From NCBI RefSeq assembly GCF_009914755.1, contig NC_060931.1: 64,000 nt of DNA; one strand, written 5' to 3'. The DNA is from the human T2T-CHM13v2.0 reference genome, Homo sapiens. The first letter of the stretch is position 1. Each line of letters begins with the position of its first letter. Made by a program: the position numbers and the translations under genes. The notes under the pieces were generated by a model, which saw only the letters and a list, made by a program, of their open reading frames with translations, searched no databases and had not been told where the DNA came from. Of the stretch, positions 58,699 through 64,000 are shown piece by piece.

Positions 58699-59989
58699 CT
58701 ATGGATTTTAATAGAAAGCCATGTAAATTCCCCATTTGGAGTTATGATGTGCCAAATTCTATACAAGCTGTAGATAGATTCTAATCCCAAAGGGACTCTC
58801 CCCTGCACAGTTCATCTCAGAATTCCATCATGGCAGACCTGAGACTCTGTAGACTATTTTACAGGAAAAGCAGCCAATTTTCCCAAAGATTATAATACCC
58901 CAGATTCACTAAGATGCGTGTGTGTGTGTGTGCATGCGCATGTGCCCATGCGTGTGTGCATTTTGGGAAGAGTTGCTGCTGAGTAAAAAAAAATGTCATG
59001 TGCCAGAAAATGCTTTACCAGATCTTTCCAACAGTCTATCCCAGAAAATAATGTTCCTGGATGGAGAATCAAATTCATTTACCAAACGGAAATACCATTC
59101 TTTGTACTTAAATAAATTATTACTTTATGATGTTTAATTTAATCTTTAAACTGCTTTTGGATGGTGGGCATCCTACACTTAACTCCATGAATGAGGCTAA
59201 AGGACAGCCCATCGAAAGTCACCTAACTCAGGAATAAATATCACCTAGATGTCACATTCCTGATGTTACTTACTAGATTTACTTCTTCTATATTAAAGAA
59301 AATCTCCATGGTGATTATGAAGAATTCTAGAATACTTTAAAAATAACGGGATCTCTGAGGTCACTAGAATCCTCCATTTATCTGAATTAATCGACAATCA
59401 TATGGGCTTCCATATGCAACGCTATCTGACTTTGCATTTGCGGTCAAGTCCTCTCTTTTTCTGCACTCCCATATGTTTTGGTATATTTGACTACAGGATT
59501 TGCATTTTAAAGAACAAGAATAATTCCCAGTCTTCATCGATATATCATTTATAGTTACACAACTTCTCGGTTCTTTTAAGACATTCAAATAACTATAAAT
59601 TGTTCCAACTGTGGAACAATTTCAGGCCCATGACCTTACCTAACTGCTAAAACTTTCCCTCACTGTAGCATGTAGCACTAAAGTTCTGATAATTAGACTT
59701 TCTCATATATCAGGTATTTCTAACAGACCATAAATGCAAACTAATCTTTGCATAAAACAAAGATTACTTTTTACTAGCTCTGGTAAAACTTTACATTAAT
59801 GAACTGTACAATTTGGATTTTTTAAATGTTTATAAAAACTTTAAATCTCATGTTTAAAAAAACTATCCATTACCACCTGTAAAAGAAAAATAAAACTAAA
59901 TTGAACTTTCTGCTCATTACAATTGATACATGGGCTTTTGACTTTCCATCCTTTTGCAAGTGTGTGGTATAAGATCTCGCCATATTTAC

Positions 59990-60193
59990 CTGTATGTCCA
60001 TTCTTAGCAGCAGAATACAAGGCAGAATGGCCATCTTCACAGGAGTAATTAATGTCCAGTCCTTCTTCATTAAGCAGCATTGATAATAAAGTGACATTTC
60101 CCTGGGCAGCAGCTTGCTGAAGAAGGGTGGGCCTGCCAGCCAGGGGGGCAGGACCACCACTCATTAGCAAAGGGGTTAGGGAGGGTGACCAGC
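59990..60193 (-). CDS. CTTNBP2: CTTNBP2 exon ~5 (204 nt), first ankyrin repeats
   Basis: CCTACAG|GC ... ACAG|GTAAAT; [40 protein letters not shown]...[14 protein letters not shown]. Confidence 0.96.
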
Positions 60194-61380
60194 CTGTAGG
60201 TTAAAGTGACCCTCGTTAGAGAGTAGGAGCAAGGACAAGAGACAGATATTACCCATTCCTTTCTGAATTACACACACACAAACATATGAACATGTGTCCC
60301 TAGAGGATTATGTGGTTTCTAACATTATCAATCTGTTAATATTTACTTAGCATGAATCTGGACTGTTATTTCAGATCTTACATCTGCTGCTAATTAAATC
60401 AACATACATGGTAAAAAATTATTTTTAGTCATGAGTCTTGCACAGGTAAGTGTTAAAGTGGTGACTGGTTTTAGGAAAACTTAAGATGGCTGTCTCATTT
60501 TAAAAGTTCAAATTTCTCTTCAGGATTTTAAAACAATTTGAATTTTAAAATGTAAAGGTTTTACAAGGTAAAGTTTTCCTCTAATTCAATATTAATCTGG
60601 AAAAGTAAACTGATATTTTTAGGTATAAGAGGAATAATTGTAACAGATTTTTCTTTTTCAACAAGGTTTCTAAAATGTTTAATTACAAATTTTATGTAAA
60701 CCATTAAGATGGACCAAAGAGTCTATTTATATTCCTTGAATTCCCTTATTTGGGAATAGAAATAATGGAGGCCAACTGCTATTCAGTATTAAGAGATAAT
60801 AAAATATAACATATATAACTGGATCTAGAGTTCACCAGCACAAATATTCAATATACAATTGTGAAGACTGTATCATCTGGCCACCTTTACAAAATGCCTA
60901 ACAAACTTTTAATCAGCCAACAAAACAGGACACTCAACTATATAATTTTAACAAAAACAATGAGTTATAGTTAGATATTTCTCATCAGTATTTAGCAGCT
61001 TTAGAAGAGAGTCTGTTAAGTGTGTGAAATCGGCTGCATATAGCATGAAAAATTTTCTGAATTCTTCCTTGATCAAAAGGCTGTAAAAACAGTAAAGTAA
61101 AAAATGTTCATTCAATGTGACATATAGATATTTGTGTATTTTAGACTTAAATACAGTGAATTTTCAAAATAAGACATTTTCCGCTTTTTCCTTATAGGGT
61201 TCTAATACCTGTAACATTGTTGTGCATATGTACATATATTCATCCCTAAGGGCACACTTTCACAGACCAATTAAGACTATTTTGTCCTGACCAAAGTGAT
61301 TACAGATGGAGGGCTTTATTCTAAATAGTGTTTCACAATGACTAGACCCTGAATTTCTATATGCACAATACATCTCATTG

Positions 61381-61648
61381 TGCATAAAACAAAGATTACT
61401 TTTTACTAGCTGCAGTAAAATTTTATGTTAAGGAACTATACCATTTGGATTTTTAAAATGTTTTGTAACTATCCACTACCACCTGTAAAAGAAAATTAAA
61501 ACCATATTGAACCTTCTGCTCATAACAATGGTCACACGGGCTTTTGACTTTACATCCTTTTGCATGTGTGTGGCATGATGAGATAAGATCTTGCCATATT
61601 TACCTGCATGTCCTTTCTTAGCAGTGGAATACAAGGCAGAATGGCCAC
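61381..61648 (-). pseudogene. Local duplicate of the last 45 nt of exon 5 plus ~240 nt of intron 5
   Basis: Colinear with 59749..60034 by eye (TGCATAAAACAAAGATTACTTTTTACTAGC ... GAATACAAGGCAGAATGGCCA), with substitutions and indels. Confidence 0.9.
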
Positions 61649-63723
61649 CTGATTACGATATGTGGTAATATCCCTTTAGTAAGATACAACAGATGGATGT
61701 TTTATACTCTCTGTACATTGGTATCAGCATAATTATTCTAAGCATATGAGAGTCATATTAATACATATGTAATACTCAATTCTTATGATTAAATCCTAAA
61801 TTACTTGCCCTAAATTATCTTAGTATTTTAAAAGTACATATCAAAGGAACTTAGTATTTAAAAAATTCTTTATTAAAAAGGCAAAACAAAGCCAATTATA
61901 CAAATGAAACTACACTGCTAATAAAAAGCTGGATATTATATCTTTATAATAAATTATTTGGGTCTATGAATAATTTATTGTTTTTAACCCTATTAGGACT
62001 ACATGTAGTGACATACAAAATTAAAATGCTCATAAAATTCAATATTTATCTAAACTTTATGATATTTTCCTACTGATACTCATTAGCTCTTCTTACAAAA
62101 GTAGTATTTTTACTTCATACTTACAAGAAGGCTCCTCTCTGGTACATTTTACCTTTTGTATTTTCTTAAAAACAAACAAACAAAAAACAGGCCCACAAAA
62201 ATTAAATCAGTACTTATTAGAAATGCATAAACAGAGAAATTATAAACACGAAGGCATAAAACCTCGACTGCAAAGCAAACACAGGCAATATGAAGGCATC
62301 GCACTACAGTCCTCTGTGGAACAGGAGGGAATGGGGCTCATACTCAGCCTCTCTTTCATTCTCTCTTTAGATCTCATCCAAGGGGTCTTGGTTGTTGATA
62401 TTCTTTTATGAATACCAATATATGTAAATGGTTTGCTATTCTTTTGGGTTTTGTTTACATTTTTCTTTTTTCACCATAAATCTAGGCTTTTGAGGGGAGG
62501 AGACAGTTTAAATATATTTTTCAACTGCCTTATATGGAAATATTCAATTGCAGCTGTAATTTCCTGGGAAACCCTATTTTTAATAAGTTATCCGAAAGAC
62601 AAATTTTTTTTTCAATTTGTTTTCAATCTTTAGACCACTCAAGGGTTTTCTTACACAGAACTACAGAAGATATATCAGTTGCCTTATTTTTTTAGAGGTC
62701 TGCAATATATTTTTAAAATCTTTACAAAAGAAAAATGCTTTATAAATACCAAGTATTTTAAAACTGTAAATATGTTTTATATCTTCACTAACATTTCCAA
62801 TGTTGTCTAGCATAGACAAGCTTATTTTAATAAATCCTGCCTAAATATGGGAAAAATAGGACTTCATCATGAGACTATACTGTTCATCTGAAATTCCCGA
62901 CAATCATAAAAATGGTAATACTTAGTTAAGAGGTTAAATAGTGGTTAAGACAGAACAGACCGGTATTCATACAGCTACTCTAATGATGTTAGCAAAAGGT
63001 CAATCAGTTTTGCAGTGTCATACGCAAACATTAGTAAGGTGAGCATCCTGCCCAACATGCCAGGAGGAAGGGAATGACTGGACATGCAATGGCAGAGGGA
63101 AGGAGTGAGAACAGCTTCTGGCATCAGCTTCAGAGGGTGGAGAAGGTTAATGTCATAGCCCAGATCATTCTTGTTTTCTGATTTAGCCTTTAAGCCAATC
63201 ATACATGGAGGATAATTTTTAAAAGATATGTTTCAATAGGGAAAAGGTGTAAACCAAATTAAATCAAATGTATCAAATAAAAAAAGAAAAAACAGAAAAA
63301 ACAATTTCCAAGGGTATGGAAACTCAGTTGCCTGGAGTGATTTCTGGTTTAGGCTTCTGTTCATCTAACATTTGAAATGTGTCTATTTGGCAAGTTCAGG
63401 AGGAACAAGAAATTCTAGTTCATTTAGAATTAAGAATGTTATTAAAAAATTTAACATTTGGCTATAAAGGTTGCCAAATAGAGTTTGGGTAATTTATACT
63501 ACAATTCATTAAAAGGCTAACTTCTGTCATTCCAATTTTCCTTGGGGCTCTAACTTAGTCATAATTTTTATAGATAAAAGCTTACATGGAAACACAGGAT
63601 TCTAGAGTTGGAAAGATCATGGGCCAGTAGTTCTCCAAGGAGGGAGAGGTAGTTTGAAAATTTATCATGCAAGTTTAAATCTTTTTTTGTTTGGGAATAT
63701 TATTATATAATTTTGGTTTAATG

Positions 63724-64000
63724 TTTTGAGACATGGTCTCACCGTGTCACCCAGGCTGGTGCACAGTGGCATGATTATGGCTCACTGTAGCCTTGACTTC
63801 CCGAATTCAAGTGATCTTCCCACTTCAGCCTCCTGAGTAGCTGGGACCACAGGCACACACTACCATGCCCAGCTAATTTTTATATTTTTTGTAAAGATGG
63901 GATTTTGCCATTTTGCCCCGGCTGGTCTTGAACGCCTGGGCACAAGTGATCCTCCTGCCTCGGCCTCCCAATGTGCTTGGATTACAGGTATGATTACTGC
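63724..64000 (-). mobile_element. Alu (J-type), reaches window end
   Basis: Reverse-complement Alu. Confidence 0.88.

Noticed and set aside
59870-60160. 96-aa alternative frame overlapping exon 5
   Set aside because: Non-ATG start and preceded by in-frame stops; likely shadow of the real frame

Overview
Human (primate) genomic DNA from the interior of CTTNBP2 (cortactin-binding protein 2, the gene just downstream of CFTR on 7q31), transcribed on the minus strand. I traced 15 consecutive coding exons with GT-AG boundaries and consistent phases (probably exons 5-19; numbering is from memory, and the last exon runs off the window start). They encode six ankyrin repeats followed by a C-terminal region resembling the neuron-navigator AAA+ module, with degenerate Walker motifs. 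The introns carry about 16 Alus (one young AluYa5-like), L1, L2 and MIR fragments, MaLR LTRs, hAT MITEs and microsatellites. I see no CRISPR array, RNA gene or prokaryote-type system, and almost all non-exonic ORF-track entries are repeat-derived noise. The least explained structure is around exon 5. It includes a local duplication of the exon-5 3' end plus intron that forms an in-frame 45-nt pseudo-exon, a candidate 237-nt poison exon in intron 5, and an alternative frame (AGHPP-stop) that fits a short isoform. Exon, Alu and TSD-bounded element coordinates were counted by hand. Boundaries and subfamily names of old repeats are approximate.
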